This document shows positions 29,146 through 39,261 of a stretch of 64,000 nt of DNA, one piece after another. This DNA is from Alphaproteobacteria bacterium. Its GTDB lineage: Bacteria; Pseudomonadota; Alphaproteobacteria; SP197. Position numbers and translations under genes: made by a program. Positions within the stretch are counted from its first letter, which is position 1. Every line of letters starts with the position of its first letter. Where the stretch lies: the NCBI GenBank assembly GCA_964291265.2, contig OZ219747.1:3104001-3168000 (forward strand). The letters are read 5' to 3'. Below the pieces are notes generated by a model that was given only the letters and a program-made list of their open reading frames with translations, was not told where the DNA came from and made no database searches.

Positions 29146-31500
29146 CGCGGGGCAGTCCTTGCCGAGGATCCTGACGGACCAGTCTCCCTGCGGCGCGTCG
29201 GCCCTGACGTAGCCCAGGGCCAGGCGCTTCATCATGCGAAATCCGGTGCCGGCTGATGTCACATGACCGACCGGCGCCGAATCGACGAGGATCGGATCGC
29301 CGGGCAGTGCGTCCGCGTCGCTGTCGGCAATGACGAATCCGGCGAATCGCCAGGCGGATCCGGCCTTGCTCTGGCGCACGACGGCATCGCGGCCGATGAA
29401 GTCCTCCCTGTCGAAGGCAATGAAGCGATCCAGCCCGGCATCGAACGGGGTGTACTCGGTACCGATGTCGAGTCCCCAGGCGTGATAACCCTTTTCGAGA
29501 CGCAGCGAATCAAGGGCCCATGAGCCGAAGTCGACGAGACCGCAGCGCCGTCCGGAATGGCGCAGGGCATCATGGACCGTCCGGAGATCGCTGGAGGCGA
29601 GATGCAGTTCCCAGCCCAGTTCGCCGGCATAGGAGACGCGCAGCGCCGTCGCCCTGCATCCGGCGACGGTGACGCAGGCGGCGGAGAGCCAGGGCATCGC
29701 CTGGTTCCCGAGATCGGCATCGGTCACGGTCGCCAGAAGGTCGCGCGACAGGGGGCCGGCCAGCAAGAGAGTGGCGTCCCTTGCGCATCCGCGCCGCAGT
29801 TCGACACGCCATCCTCCAGGCAGGGCGTCCCGCAGCCAGTCGTGATCGCGCTGTTCAGCCAGGGTCGGGCCACACAGGAGGTAGCGATTCGTGCCCAGGC
29901 GGGTCACGGTGGCCTCGCTCCAGATCCTCCCTGATGGAGTGAGCATGTAGGCCAGACGCGTGCGTGACTCTTCCGGAATCCTGCCGCAGAACACCCGCTC
30001 CAGGTAGCGTGTTGCATCCGGCCCCTCGACTTCGAACTTGGCGAATCCGCCGTGGTCCATGATGCCGACGCCGTCGCGGACTCCCTCGCACTCCAGACGC
30101 ACTGCGTCGCGCCATGGTTCCCGGTCCCGGAAACTCAACGCTGCATCATCACGCCGGCCCTCGATGTCGAACCAGAAGGCGCGTTCCCAGCCGCCGATTT
30201 CCCCGAAGACCGCTCCTCTGGAAGCCAGGGAACGATAGAGGGGAGTTGTCCTCATGGGCCGCGACGAGGAGAGAAGGCGCCGGGGATAGGGAATGGCGTA
30301 CTGCAGGCCGTAAACCTCGACAGCCCGATCGACAGCCATCTGTCCCGTAGCCCAGTCGCCGAAGCGCCGGGGGTCCCAGGCCGCCATGTCCCACTCGGTT
30401 TCGCCTTCGCTGATCCACTCCGCCATGGCCTTGCCGACGGCGGCAGAGTGGGTGATGCCGATCTGGATGCCGCAGGCATGGAAGAAGTTCCTCAGACCAT
30501 GGGCCGGGCCGCACAGCGGCAGGCCATCCGGGGCGTAGGCGATGGGGCCGTTGACGAAACGCCGGATTCCGGCCTCCCGAAGCAGCGGAAAATGATCAAG
30601 CGCCTTGCCGAAGGCCTCCGCGATGTCATCGTGCGACTCGCTGAAGAGCTGGTGGGCAAAGTCCTGCGGCAATGCGTCAGCAAAGACCGGCCGTCCGGGG
30701 TGATCATAGGAACCGAGCAGCATTCCGGCACCCTCGCGCCTCAGGTAGAACCCGAGATCTGGATCCCGCACCAGCGGGAAGGGGGCATGCGAGTCCTTGA
30801 GGGCAGGGAGGGGTTCGGTGACCAAGTACTGGTGCCTGAGCGTTGCTACCGGAATGGACTGACCAGCAAGGCGCGCCACGGCGCCGCCATAGAAACCTGC
30901 GGCATTGACGATCGTCTGCGCCGTCACGTCCCCCTTGTCGGTCGTCACACGCCATTCACCGCTGCGTGTGGCTGAAAGACCCGTGACTCTTGTGAACCGC
31001 TCGATCGCGGCGCCGGCCTCACGGGCCTGTCTGGCGAGCGCTTGCGTGAGTTGGGAAGGGTCGATGTCCCCCTCACCGGGATCGAGGATTCCACCGACGA
31101 CATCCCGTCCGGCCGAGTAGTGGGGATGCAGCGCCTCCATCTCGCCAGGCGCGATCATCACGAGTTCCATGCCTGCGGATGTGGCCAGACCCGTGACGTG
31201 CCGGAAGAGATCCATGCGATCCTCGCCGTGTGCCGGCCAGAAGGCTCCGGTATGGTGATAGGTGATGTCCTCGCCAAGAGCGCCATAGAGCCGCCGCGCA
31301 TAGGCACCGGCCCGCAGGCCAAGCCAGCCGGTCGCATAGATCGGGATGTTTCCCGCTGCATGCCAGGTGGAACCGGACGCGAGTTCGTCCTTCTCGATCA
31401 GCATGCAGTCGGTGATGCCGACCCGGACCAGGTGCCACAGGCACGAAACACCGACGGCACCGCCACCGATGACAACGACCCTGGCCGAGTTCTGCATCAT
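29092..31500 (-). CDS. GcvT-family FAD oxidoreductase (dimethylglycine/sarcosine dehydrogenase-like)
   Basis: VIGGGAVG, SGSTWHAAG, GWERAFWF, SYAGELGWELH, DSLRLEKGY, FYDPGN. Confidence 0.9.
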   Translation of the reverse strand: MMQNSARVVVIGGGAVGVSCLWHLVRVGITDCMLIEKDELASGSTWHAAGNIPIYATGWLGLRAGAYARRLYGALGEDITYHHTGAFWPAHGEDRMDLFRHVTGLATSAGMELVMIAPGEMEALHPHYSAGRDVVGGILDPGEGDIDPSQLTQALARQAREAGAAIERFTRVTGLSATRSGEWRVTTDKGDVTAQTIVNAAGFYGGAVARLAGQSIPVATLRHQYLVTEPLPALKDSHAPFPLVRDPDLGFYLRREGAGMLLGSYDHPGRPVFADALPQDFAHQLFSESHDDIAEAFGKALDHFPLLREAGIRRFVNGPIAYAPDGLPLCGPAHGLRNFFHACGIQIGITHSAAVGKAMAEWISEGETEWDMAAWDPRRFGDWATGQMAVDRAVEVYGLQYAIPYPRRLLSSSRPMRTTPLYRSLASRGAVFGEIGGWERAFWFDIEGRRDDAALSFRDREPWRDAVRLECEGVRDGVGIMDHGGFAKFEVEGPDATRYLERVFCGRIPEESRTRLAYMLTPSGRIWSEATVTRLGTNRYLLCGPTLAEQRDHDWLRDALPGGWRVELRRGCARDATLLLAGPLSRDLLATVTDADLGNQAMPWLSAACVTVAGCRATALRVSYAGELGWELHLASSDLRTVHDALRHSGRRCGLVDFGSWALDSLRLEKGYHAWGLDIGTEYTPFDAGLDRFIAFDREDFIGRDAVVRQSKAGSAWRFAGFVIADSDADALPGDPILVDSAPVGHVTSAGTGFRMMKRLALGYVRADAPQGDWSVRILGKDCPASPSPLPFYDPGNARLRV

Positions 31501-32204
31501 TAGTGTTCTGCCAGGAGATGGCCGAAGCCATCGATCGAGTCCGAGATTCCGAGATGCCTCAGGGTCTGCCAGTAGAGCGCCGCGTTGCAGGCGACCACCG
31601 GTTTGCCGGTGAGTGCCTCCAGGGATGCGAGGAGGCCGCAGACCGGAAGCGCCGTTCCCACCTGGAGGATGGCATCACAGTCGCTGGCGGCAACCTCCAG
31701 GAATGCCGCCTCGATCTGCTCAAGGGGGGTCTCGCATATCTCCGGCAGCGATGGCGCGTTCGTACCGGCCACTGCCGCCACGGTGAACCCGGCATCCATG
31801 GCATTGCCGGCGACCACGCGGTTCGTCTCGACGTCGAAGGGGGTGACGATGGCGATCCTTCTGGCACCGAGGCGCCGCAGGGCTTCATGGCAGGCAGTCG
31901 AGGCATTGAAGACCGGAACACCCAGTAAGGAACCAAGACCACGACAGCGTTCCTGGAGTTTCTTCACGCCACCCGGCCCGGCGTCGGTGGTCAGGCCTAT
32001 CGCCAGGGCAACCGGATGGCAGTCCATCAGCCTGGCGGCCTCGCTGTCGAGATCGTCCGAAATCCTCTCGCCGCCCAGTCGGAATCTCTGCATCTGGTTC
32101 GTCACGCCGGGTGGGCGCAGGGATTCGAGCTCCGGCTGGACGACGGTGTTCATCGCTGGCGTCATGACACCGATGATGGAGCGGTAGCCCAGAATATCGG
32201 TCAT
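31500..32204 (-). CDS. Maleate isomerase / arylmalonate decarboxylase / Asp-Glu racemase family protein
   Basis: IGVMTPAMNTVVQPE, RIAIVTPF, AILQVGTAL, KPVVACN...W, GFGHLL. Confidence 0.82.
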   Translation of the reverse strand: MTDILGYRSIIGVMTPAMNTVVQPELESLRPPGVTNQMQRFRLGGERISDDLDSEAARLMDCHPVALAIGLTTDAGPGGVKKLQERCRGLGSLLGVPVFNASTACHEALRRLGARRIAIVTPFDVETNRVVAGNAMDAGFTVAAVAGTNAPSLPEICETPLEQIEAAFLEVAASDCDAILQVGTALPVCGLLASLEALTGKPVVACNAALYWQTLRHLGISDSIDGFGHLLAEH

Positions 32205-32642
32205 TCAGCTGTTGTCCCTGAGCCAGGCGGCAAGTCCCTTCATGCCATCGCGGTAGATGAGATCGCCGACGATCGACTCCAGTTTCGCTTCATCTTCCCT
32301 GGCACAATCGAAAGTTCCCTCCCAGATGCCCAGCGTCCAGTTGCCTTCCGTGATCGCCACGAAGCGGTGGGTGGAGACATAGCTGGTGCAGGGCAAGGGG
32401 CCCTCGATGATGTCGTAGGTGTAGAAGTGGTCGACATCGGAGTGCGCCAGGAGCGTTTCGCGAAAGATGGTGCCATCGGCGATGTCGAGATGCCGCACCG
32501 ACCCGACCGCCGTTGACGTTCCGCTCTCCATGCGGGCGGCCGTGACCTCCGGGTTCCACGCGCCCACACTGTCGAATTCCCTGACGGCGGCCCACGTTCT
32601 GTCGATGGGAGCCTCGATGATGATACTGCGGTACACGTTCAT
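32205..32642 (-). CDS. SRPBCC / polyketide cyclase-like (START fold) protein
   Basis: IIEAPIDRTWAAVREF...WNP, VGSVRHL, ETLLAHSD...YTY. Confidence 0.85.
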   Translation of the reverse strand: MNVYRSIIIEAPIDRTWAAVREFDSVGAWNPEVTAARMESGTSTAVGSVRHLDIADGTIFRETLLAHSDVDHFYTYDIIEGPLPCTSYVSTHRFVAITEGNWTLGIWEGTFDCAREDEAKLESIVGDLIYRDGMKGLAAWLRDNS

Positions 32643-34172
32643 TCACGCGTCTCCGGTTCCTGGAAGTCTGATGGGAAAGCGCGAGCGGATGGCCTGCTCC
32701 GCCGTTGTCTCGAGGTGTGTCGGCGCCGGGGCGTCAGCGATGCGCGTCACTCTGGCTCTCGCCCTCTCCCAGAGCGATACAGTACCGGACTCGACCCACT
32801 CTTGGACGCTGCGCCTGTCGCCCAGGCAGGGGTAGACGTACTCGCTTTTCATGAGCTCCAACGTCTGTGGCTCGCCGAGGTAATGGCCGTCGCCGCGAAC
32901 AACACGGTCCATGGCGTCGAGATCGATGGCGTCCGTCGTGACATCGACACCGCGAACCGAGCGCAGGATGGCGCCCAGCATCTCGTCATCGATGACAAGG
33001 GCTTCCGGGGAAGCCACGGTGATGGAACCCAGCATGCCGACGGAAAGATTGATCATGTCCGCTCCCGCGTGAGCCGCCAGGGCAATGGTATAGGCCTTCT
33101 CGTATCCTGCCTGGATGTCCGCTTCCTTGGAGTCGGTCATGCCTGCGGCAACGGTGGAAGGCAGTTGAAGGTGACGCAGAAGCTGTGCCGCGGCGGCATT
33201 CGCAATGGCCGACTCGCCGCCGCCGCCACTCATGGCGCCCGTTCTGAGATCGGATATGAATGGCATGAATGCATGGATGGTGGGATGACCGGGCTTGAGG
33301 AGGTCAACCACCATGAGCCCGGCGAGAGTCTCCGCGAGACCCTGGGCAAGGGCGCCGGCGAGCGTGACGGGACTGGTGGCGCCGGCCTGACCCGCCGAAC
33401 ACGTCTGCAGCGGCATGCCCTTGTCCATGGCGGTACGCATGATGTCGACGCCATCGGCTGCATAGCGAAGAGGCGAGACGGCATGCACCACAACCGCCAT
33501 GCAGAAGGGTCGCCGGCGAAAGCTGTCATCGGCCCCGAGTGCGCAGTCGAACATGGCCACGACCGGTGCGACGTGTCCGGCATGGGCGAACGACGTGCCG
33601 ATGGGCTTGCTCGTTCCGGCAAGGCAGGCGTAGGCGGTGTTGACGTCGAGTTCGAAGGTGTCGGCCATGTCCCGTGCCACCAGGGGGCGGATGCCGTAAT
33701 GCACGTTGGGGCACGCATCGACCACACGCATGATGGCATGAAGGTCACGAAGTGTGGAGGGGCGGTAGCGTCCGGTTGCGCTGTCGAGCACATCGATGGC
33801 GGCGCCACCGGTGCCGGTGTGAACGAGGCCGTTGCCGGCATCGATACCCCTGTCCTCGACAAAGCCCGGTACGGTGACGCTCTTCGCTGCCCGCTCCAGT
33901 GCCTTTTCGACCCGGATTCGCGGGAAGAGAACGCGGCCGTCCCCGCGCCGCCTGGCGCCATCCCCGGTTGCCATCCGGACGAACCAGTCGGGAGCCGAGG
34001 CCATGCCGATGTGCTCGAGAATGGAAAAGGCGCTGTCGATGATGGTGTCGCGGGCGGCGTCATCGAGGGGCGAGAAGCGGCCGCCCCATTCCCTGCGGGG
34101 AGCGATTGCCGGGAGATTGGTCGATCTTCGGGATTTCGACCGCGCCACCCGCTGGTTGACAGTCGGGCTCAT
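32643..34172 (-). CDS. Trimethylamine methyltransferase (MttB) family protein, non-pyrrolysine type
   Basis: GTGGAA, VSPLRY, GQAGATSPVTLAGAL, SDLRTGAMSGG, GMTDSK..D.QAGYEK; no in-frame amber codon; start approximate. Confidence 0.88.
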   Translation of the reverse strand: MSPTVNQRVARSKSRRSTNLPAIAPRREWGGRFSPLDDAARDTIIDSAFSILEHIGMASAPDWFVRMATGDGARRRGDGRVLFPRIRVEKALERAAKSVTVPGFVEDRGIDAGNGLVHTGTGGAAIDVLDSATGRYRPSTLRDLHAIMRVVDACPNVHYGIRPLVARDMADTFELDVNTAYACLAGTSKPIGTSFAHAGHVAPVVAMFDCALGADDSFRRRPFCMAVVVHAVSPLRYAADGVDIMRTAMDKGMPLQTCSAGQAGATSPVTLAGALAQGLAETLAGLMVVDLLKPGHPTIHAFMPFISDLRTGAMSGGGGESAIANAAAAQLLRHLQLPSTVAAGMTDSKEADIQAGYEKAYTIALAAHAGADMINLSVGMLGSITVASPEALVIDDEMLGAILRSVRGVDVTTDAIDLDAMDRVVRGDGHYLGEPQTLELMKSEYVYPCLGDRRSVQEWVESGTVSLWERARARVTRIADAPAPTHLETTAEQAIRSRFPIRLPGTGDA

Positions 34173-34512
34173 GGACGTTTGGTGCCACGCTCCGGGTGCA
34201 GGTTCAATTCCGAAAATGGGCAGGCCTCTCCTGTACTCCTCCTCCGATATCCGATCGGTCCACATGGCGTCGCATCGCGGACTTGGGAAGAGGCGAGGGG
34301 CGCACGTCGGACTTGTTGCATGGCGCCTCCAGCGAGAACCTGATGACCGGTTTCTTCGACGTGCGGCAGGCGAGGCACCGGAAGGTCGGGGCCCGCGGTC
34401 ACCGCGCCCTGTTGCTGACCGAGGTTCCCGGGATAGAGTGATCCGTACCGCCCACGGGATGAGAGCTCGGCTGTCTTCCTGGCGATGGAACGACAATGAA
34501 GAGTGCATCACC

Positions 34513-35403
34513 ATGGGGCGACGGTTGTGGCTGACAGGCTGCCTTCTTTTCATTGGCATCACATGGGGCGTGGTGCCGAGTCTGGCCCGTCTGGCCACGA
34601 GCGAAGGGGCGGATTTCCTCCATGCAACGTTCCTGCAGTCCCTGGCCGGTGGTCTTGCACTCCTCGCCCTGACCCTCGTGCGCGGAAGGAGGTTTCACCT
34701 GTCATGGCGTCACATGTGGTTCTACACGCTGTGCGGTTTTACCGGAACCACGATACCGACGGCCATCATCTTCGCAGCCTCGTCCGAGATCGGGGCCGGC
34801 ATGATCGCCATCGTGATTGCCCTTGCACCCGTTCTCACATACTTCGGCGCTCTCGTTCTCGGTTTCGAACCGCACAGCTTCTGGCGTCTTGTCGGCATCG
34901 CCCTGGGTTTTGCCGCCGTGCTTCTCATCGTTCTCCCGGATCTCGAGATCGGGATGGAGTCCCTGACCGCGTGGCTCCTCGCAGCCTTGTTCATTCCCGC
35001 TTGCTATGCCATTGAAAGCCTGATCATTGCTCTCAGGCGGCCGCCGGAAGGCGATGCCATGATGCTGGTGGCGGGCATGCTGCTGTCCAGCGCGTTGGTG
35101 CTGCTGCCTGTGGTGCTTCTCGGCGGGTCGGCGGACGGGCTCCTGCCCGGGTGGACCACGGCGTCCGCGGCCGTGGGCAGCATTGCCATCATCAACGTCA
35201 CCGCCTACGTGATCTTCCTCTACCTGATTTCGGCGGCAGGCGCGGTCTTCGCAACCTTTGCCGGTTACCTCAACATGATGTCCGGCGTCTTCTGGGGCAT
35301 CGTCCTGTGGGAGGAAAGCCATTCGCCATGGGTCTGGGGGGCGGTCGTCCTGCTGGCCGTGGCAATGTATCTCGTCACGGAACGCAGGACCGCGGAACCG
35401 TGA
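34513..35403 (+). CDS. DMT/EamA family transporter
   Basis: About 10 hydrophobic helices in two EamA repeats (ITWG..., AGAVFATFAGYL...WGIVLWEE). Confidence 0.88.
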   Translation: MGRRLWLTGCLLFIGITWGVVPSLARLATSEGADFLHATFLQSLAGGLALLALTLVRGRRFHLSWRHMWFYTLCGFTGTTIPTAIIFAASSEIGAGMIAIVIALAPVLTYFGALVLGFEPHSFWRLVGIALGFAAVLLIVLPDLEIGMESLTAWLLAALFIPACYAIESLIIALRRPPEGDAMMLVAGMLLSSALVLLPVVLLGGSADGLLPGWTTASAAVGSIAIINVTAYVIFLYLISAAGAVFATFAGYLNMMSGVFWGIVLWEESHSPWVWGAVVLLAVAMYLVTERRTAEP

Positions 35404-35530
35404 CCGTCATCCGCCGGGCACGTGTTCCGAGTGCGTAGCCGGCCACCCTCGACGTTTCGCGAAGTGAAGGTCCTTGTGGCGGCCGGAAGCCGTAACTGAT
35501 ACAAGGCCGACAGGGAGCATGGGTGATGGC

Positions 35531-36046
35531 ATGAGTCGCAAGCGGACCTTCACCAAGCGCCAGCTGCGTGACGCGCTGGGCATGTTTGCGACCGGCGTCA
35601 CGATCATCACGTCCTCGACACGCGATGGTGAACTCCTCGGAATCACGGCCAATTCCTTCAACGCCGTCTCGCTTGACCCACCCATGGTGCTGTTCAGCCT
35701 GTCCCGCGAAGCCCACAGTCTCAACAAGTTCGAGCAGTCGGACTTCTTCGCCGTCAACATCCTGTCGACGCGTCAGCGCGCCCTTTCCGACCGTTTCGCG
35801 AGGGCATCGGTCGACAAGTGGAAGGATGTCTCCTTCGAGACCAGCGTGACCGGGTGTCCGATGTTCCCGGGATCACTGGCCCGCTTCGAGTGCTACACGC
35901 GGTTTCATTACGACGGCGGTGATCACGTCATCTTTGTCGGTGAAGCCTTTTCGATGATGCTCGGTGATCCCGCCGATCCTCTCCTCTACTTCCAGGGGCA
36001 CTATCGTTCGCTGACACCCGACGTCTCGGACCTTGACTGGTCCTGA
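35531..36046 (+). CDS. Flavin reductase family protein (HpaC/RutF-like)
   Basis: LRDALGMFATGVTII, TANSFNAVSLDPP, GGDHVIFVGE, PLLYFQG. Confidence 0.92.
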   Translation: MSRKRTFTKRQLRDALGMFATGVTIITSSTRDGELLGITANSFNAVSLDPPMVLFSLSREAHSLNKFEQSDFFAVNILSTRQRALSDRFARASVDKWKDVSFETSVTGCPMFPGSLARFECYTRFHYDGGDHVIFVGEAFSMMLGDPADPLLYFQGHYRSLTPDVSDLDWS

Positions 36047-36858
36047 GGAGGCTCGCGGGAGTTTGTGTTGTCTGTGATCCAGTCAAGGGCGGCGGTCACG
36101 GATCTCGTGATGAGGTCACTGACCGACCGCGCCGACTCGTCACGCCAGCGCAGGGGCAGGTCCTCTTCCATGTAGATGGCCTGGGAGAGCTCCAGCTGGA
36201 TGGCGTGAACGCCGCGTGACGGCCTGCCGTAGTGACGGGTGATGTAGCCCCCCTTGAAGCGGCCATTGATGGCAACGCTGAAGGTGTCCTGCCCGGTCAT
36301 CGCAGCCACGACTCTCTCGACAAGCCCCGGATGGGCCGCTGTACCGTCTGCCGTCCCGACATTGAAGTCGGAAAGCCGGCCATGGAAGAGCCGCGGCACC
36401 TGCGAGCGGATGGAGTGGCCGTCCAGCAGGGCAATCTGCCCGTGGCATTCCAGAAGCCTCGCGATCTCACGAGAGAGCGTGTCGTGCCAGGGCATCCAAT
36501 AGAGGGCGACCCGCTCCTCGACGGTCCGGGCATCGGGCCGCTGTCCGGGGAGATAGATCTCCTCGTGGTCAAAGGTCGTGAGGGGGACGAGTTCGGAAGT
36601 GTCCTGACCCGGGTAGAGAACACGATCGTCCGCGGCCCGATTGAGATCGACGACATATCGGGAATGGGTGGCGGTCACGACCGTTGCGTCGAGATCTTCG
36701 GCACAGGTGTAGAGCCTGTCGACATGCCAGTCAGTGTCGGGAAGGTGTCGGGCGATCGGTGTCATCCGGTCGGCGATGGTCGCGGGAAGCCGGGTGCCGA
36801 CATGGGGGAAGCTGATGACGAGGGGGGCTTGACCCCGTTTCACGATGGCTGTCTGCAC
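36001..36858 (-). CDS. hutG: N-formylglutamate deformylase/amidohydrolase
   Basis: ISFPHVG, DTDWHVDRLY, SRYVVDLNR, DGHSIRS, NGRFKGGYITR, HAIQLEL. Confidence 0.9.
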   Translation of the reverse strand: MQTAIVKRGQAPLVISFPHVGTRLPATIADRMTPIARHLPDTDWHVDRLYTCAEDLDATVVTATHSRYVVDLNRAADDRVLYPGQDTSELVPLTTFDHEEIYLPGQRPDARTVEERVALYWMPWHDTLSREIARLLECHGQIALLDGHSIRSQVPRLFHGRLSDFNVGTADGTAAHPGLVERVVAAMTGQDTFSVAINGRFKGGYITRHYGRPSRGVHAIQLELSQAIYMEEDLPLRWRDESARSVSDLITRSVTAALDWITDNTNSREPPQDQSRSETSGVSER

Positions 36859-36870
36859 GGGAGAGGTCCT

Positions 36871-39261
36871 CTACGGCGTTGTCAGGCTGGCGGATGCGAG
36901 GATGAGGTGGTGGGTTGCATCGGTGATCCTGCTGCCCGGAACGACGGCCACCGGCTGGTTGGCCTGCCATCGGCCCACCAGGTTGTCATAGTAGGGCGAA
37001 AGGGGATTCCCTGACTGGCCGGGCATGGTGACGAAGTATCCCGTCACGGGATCGTCGAGGTCGATCACGGCGCGCAGGCCGGGACCGTGGAAGGTGTTGA
37101 AATGATCGTGTCCGGACGCGAGACGATAGCTCGTCGCGGAGACGCTGTAGCCGTCACCGCCCAACGGGATGCTGACACCGGTCAGGGCGTCGAGAATGGG
37201 GACGAAGCCGAAGAGCGGATGGCTGAGGTGCATGGCGTGCACATCGCCCCAGATCCAGCCGGACGGATCGCTTCCATGCGATCTGACAAGGTTCTCCGCC
37301 GCCTCGTCGAGAGCACGGCCGGAGACCTCGGTACACGTGAGGGTTTCGCCGGTCAGGGTATCGTTGCACCAGCCGTGGAGGTCATCGCCGAGAGTTGCAA
37401 GAACGAACAGCGGGCGGTCTCTCCATGCCCGTTCGAAAAGGTCCCCCAACTCGTCCGCATAGATCGCCCGCGTGAGAGCGCGGTACCAGGCATGAAAGAC
37501 CGTGGGCGCTACAAGGCCGGCGTCCATGGAGTGGTCCCAGTCCTCCAGGCGAATCTGCAACAGTCGTCCGGCGGTGGTCCGCGGTGTGCCGGCGAGGGCA
37601 TGGGGAACCAGGGCCGAGGCCAGTCCCGACCAGGTGTCGAGCTGGAGACGGGAGAAACTGGCCGGATCGTGAGGTGTGCCGGTGTTCAGGACATGGTGAA
37701 TGCGCTGCGCCCGCCATCCGGGTTCCCAGCGATGACCGAGGACATGGGGATAGTCCCTGCCGACGGGGCGGTTGTTGGCGGCCGCGATGATGCCGGACGG
37801 GGGATCGATGACGCGGGGCAGCTCGTCGAAGGGTATGCGTCCGCTCCAGTCCGCTTCACCTGAACTTCCGTCGGCGGGAAGGCGGCCGTCGCCGGAGCGG
37901 CGCACGGGCACGAACCCCGGAGACAGCATTCCGATGGATCCGTTCCTGTCGGCATAGACGATGTTCTGCATCGGACCGGCGAAGCTGCGCCCGGCGTCGT
38001 TGAAGTCCTGCCAGTTCCTGGCCGTGTGAAGGAGGAGCGCCGCATTCAAGCTCTGATCGTCGTCATGCAGCATGGTCCAGGCAAGAGCCAGAACCTCGTC
38101 TTCATCGGTGTCGCCCTCGAGGGAACTCACCATTCCCGTCAGGACAGGGCCGTGGCGGGTTTCGAGCATCGTGACGTGCTCGTTTCGGGAGAACCTGACC
38201 GCAATGGTCTCGTCTCGCACCGCAAACGGCACCGGACCGGCGGGCGTCATGTAGCGGTCCGGGTTGTCAGGGTCACGGCGCTCGACGAAGAGGTCCTGGG
38301 TGTCGGGTCCGGTGTTGGAGAGAGTCCAGGCGATGGCGCCGTTCGTGCCGACGAGAACGAGTGGCATGCCAGGCAGGGTGGCGCCGGCGACGTTCAGTCC
38401 CGGCGCCGCCATGTGGGCGAGATACCAGACCGAGGGAATGGTGAATCCGAGATGGGGATCGTTGGCGGCGAGCGGGGACCCCGAAGCGGTATGGCTGCCG
38501 CTCACTGCCCAGTTGTTGGAGCCGTTGTTGGTGCCGGGAAGGAGGCGGGCGAAGAGCGAGGCGAACTCCGCGAAATCAACCCCTTCCACGGTATCGATGA
38601 TGGTGGTGTCACTGTCGGGGGACGGGGGGAGGAAGCTCGCGGCCTTCTCCGGTCCCAGTCGTTGCACCAGCGCTGCATGCAGTGCCTCTTCGCGCCAGTT
38701 TCCCGAGAGCATGAGGCCCATGACCTTGAGCCAGGAAAGGGAATCGGCGGGATGCCAGGGCTCCGGCTCGGCGGCCAGAAGCAGTGCCAGTTCCGGCGCC
38801 GGGGGTCCGGTGTGTGTGGCGAGCCAGGCATTCACGCCGGCCGCGTAGGCATCGAGGGCGGCACGCGTCTCCGGAGGCAGGCTGGCGAGGGATGAGCGCG
38901 CCGCCCGGTAAAGATCGAGCAGGCGCAGGAATCGGTCGTTGTCGACAGCCAGCGAACCAACGAGTTCCGCGATCCGTCCCTGAGCGCCGCGGCGTTGCAT
39001 CTCCATCTGGAAAAAGCGGTCCTGTGCATGGGCAAAACCGAGCCCGAAGTAGGCATCCTCGGGCGATCCGGCATGGATGTGGGGAATGCCCCATTCATCG
39101 CGCAGGATGTCGACGGATCCGGAGATGCCTTCGACAGCGATCGTTCCGTCAATGTCGGGAAGGGTTGTCCTGAACCAGACATAGAGACCGGCGCCGGCGG
39201 CGGGAACCACCAGCATGAGGGTGAGGATGACACCGGTCACACGGCGCAGGAGTTTCGCCAT
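36871..39261 (-). CDS. Penicillin acylase family Ntn-hydrolase with N-terminal membrane anchor
   Basis: RDEWGIPHI, GFAHAQDRFFQM, GSNNWAVSG (Ser nucleophile), ANDPHL, GQSGNPLSPYY. Confidence 0.92.
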   Translation of the reverse strand: MAKLLRRVTGVILTLMLVVPAAGAGLYVWFRTTLPDIDGTIAVEGISGSVDILRDEWGIPHIHAGSPEDAYFGLGFAHAQDRFFQMEMQRRGAQGRIAELVGSLAVDNDRFLRLLDLYRAARSSLASLPPETRAALDAYAAGVNAWLATHTGPPAPELALLLAAEPEPWHPADSLSWLKVMGLMLSGNWREEALHAALVQRLGPEKAASFLPPSPDSDTTIIDTVEGVDFAEFASLFARLLPGTNNGSNNWAVSGSHTASGSPLAANDPHLGFTIPSVWYLAHMAAPGLNVAGATLPGMPLVLVGTNGAIAWTLSNTGPDTQDLFVERRDPDNPDRYMTPAGPVPFAVRDETIAVRFSRNEHVTMLETRHGPVLTGMVSSLEGDTDEDEVLALAWTMLHDDDQSLNAALLLHTARNWQDFNDAGRSFAGPMQNIVYADRNGSIGMLSPGFVPVRRSGDGRLPADGSSGEADWSGRIPFDELPRVIDPPSGIIAAANNRPVGRDYPHVLGHRWEPGWRAQRIHHVLNTGTPHDPASFSRLQLDTWSGLASALVPHALAGTPRTTAGRLLQIRLEDWDHSMDAGLVAPTVFHAWYRALTRAIYADELGDLFERAWRDRPLFVLATLGDDLHGWCNDTLTGETLTCTEVSGRALDEAAENLVRSHGSDPSGWIWGDVHAMHLSHPLFGFVPILDALTGVSIPLGGDGYSVSATSYRLASGHDHFNTFHGPGLRAVIDLDDPVTGYFVTMPGQSGNPLSPYYDNLVGRWQANQPVAVVPGSRITDATHHLILASASLTTP

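Noticed and set aside
33832-34598. Large head-to-head overlap of the MttB and DMT ORFs
   Set aside because: An artefact of longest-ORF starts; plausible starts at ~34172 (-) and 34513 (+) leave a normal divergent intergenic region.
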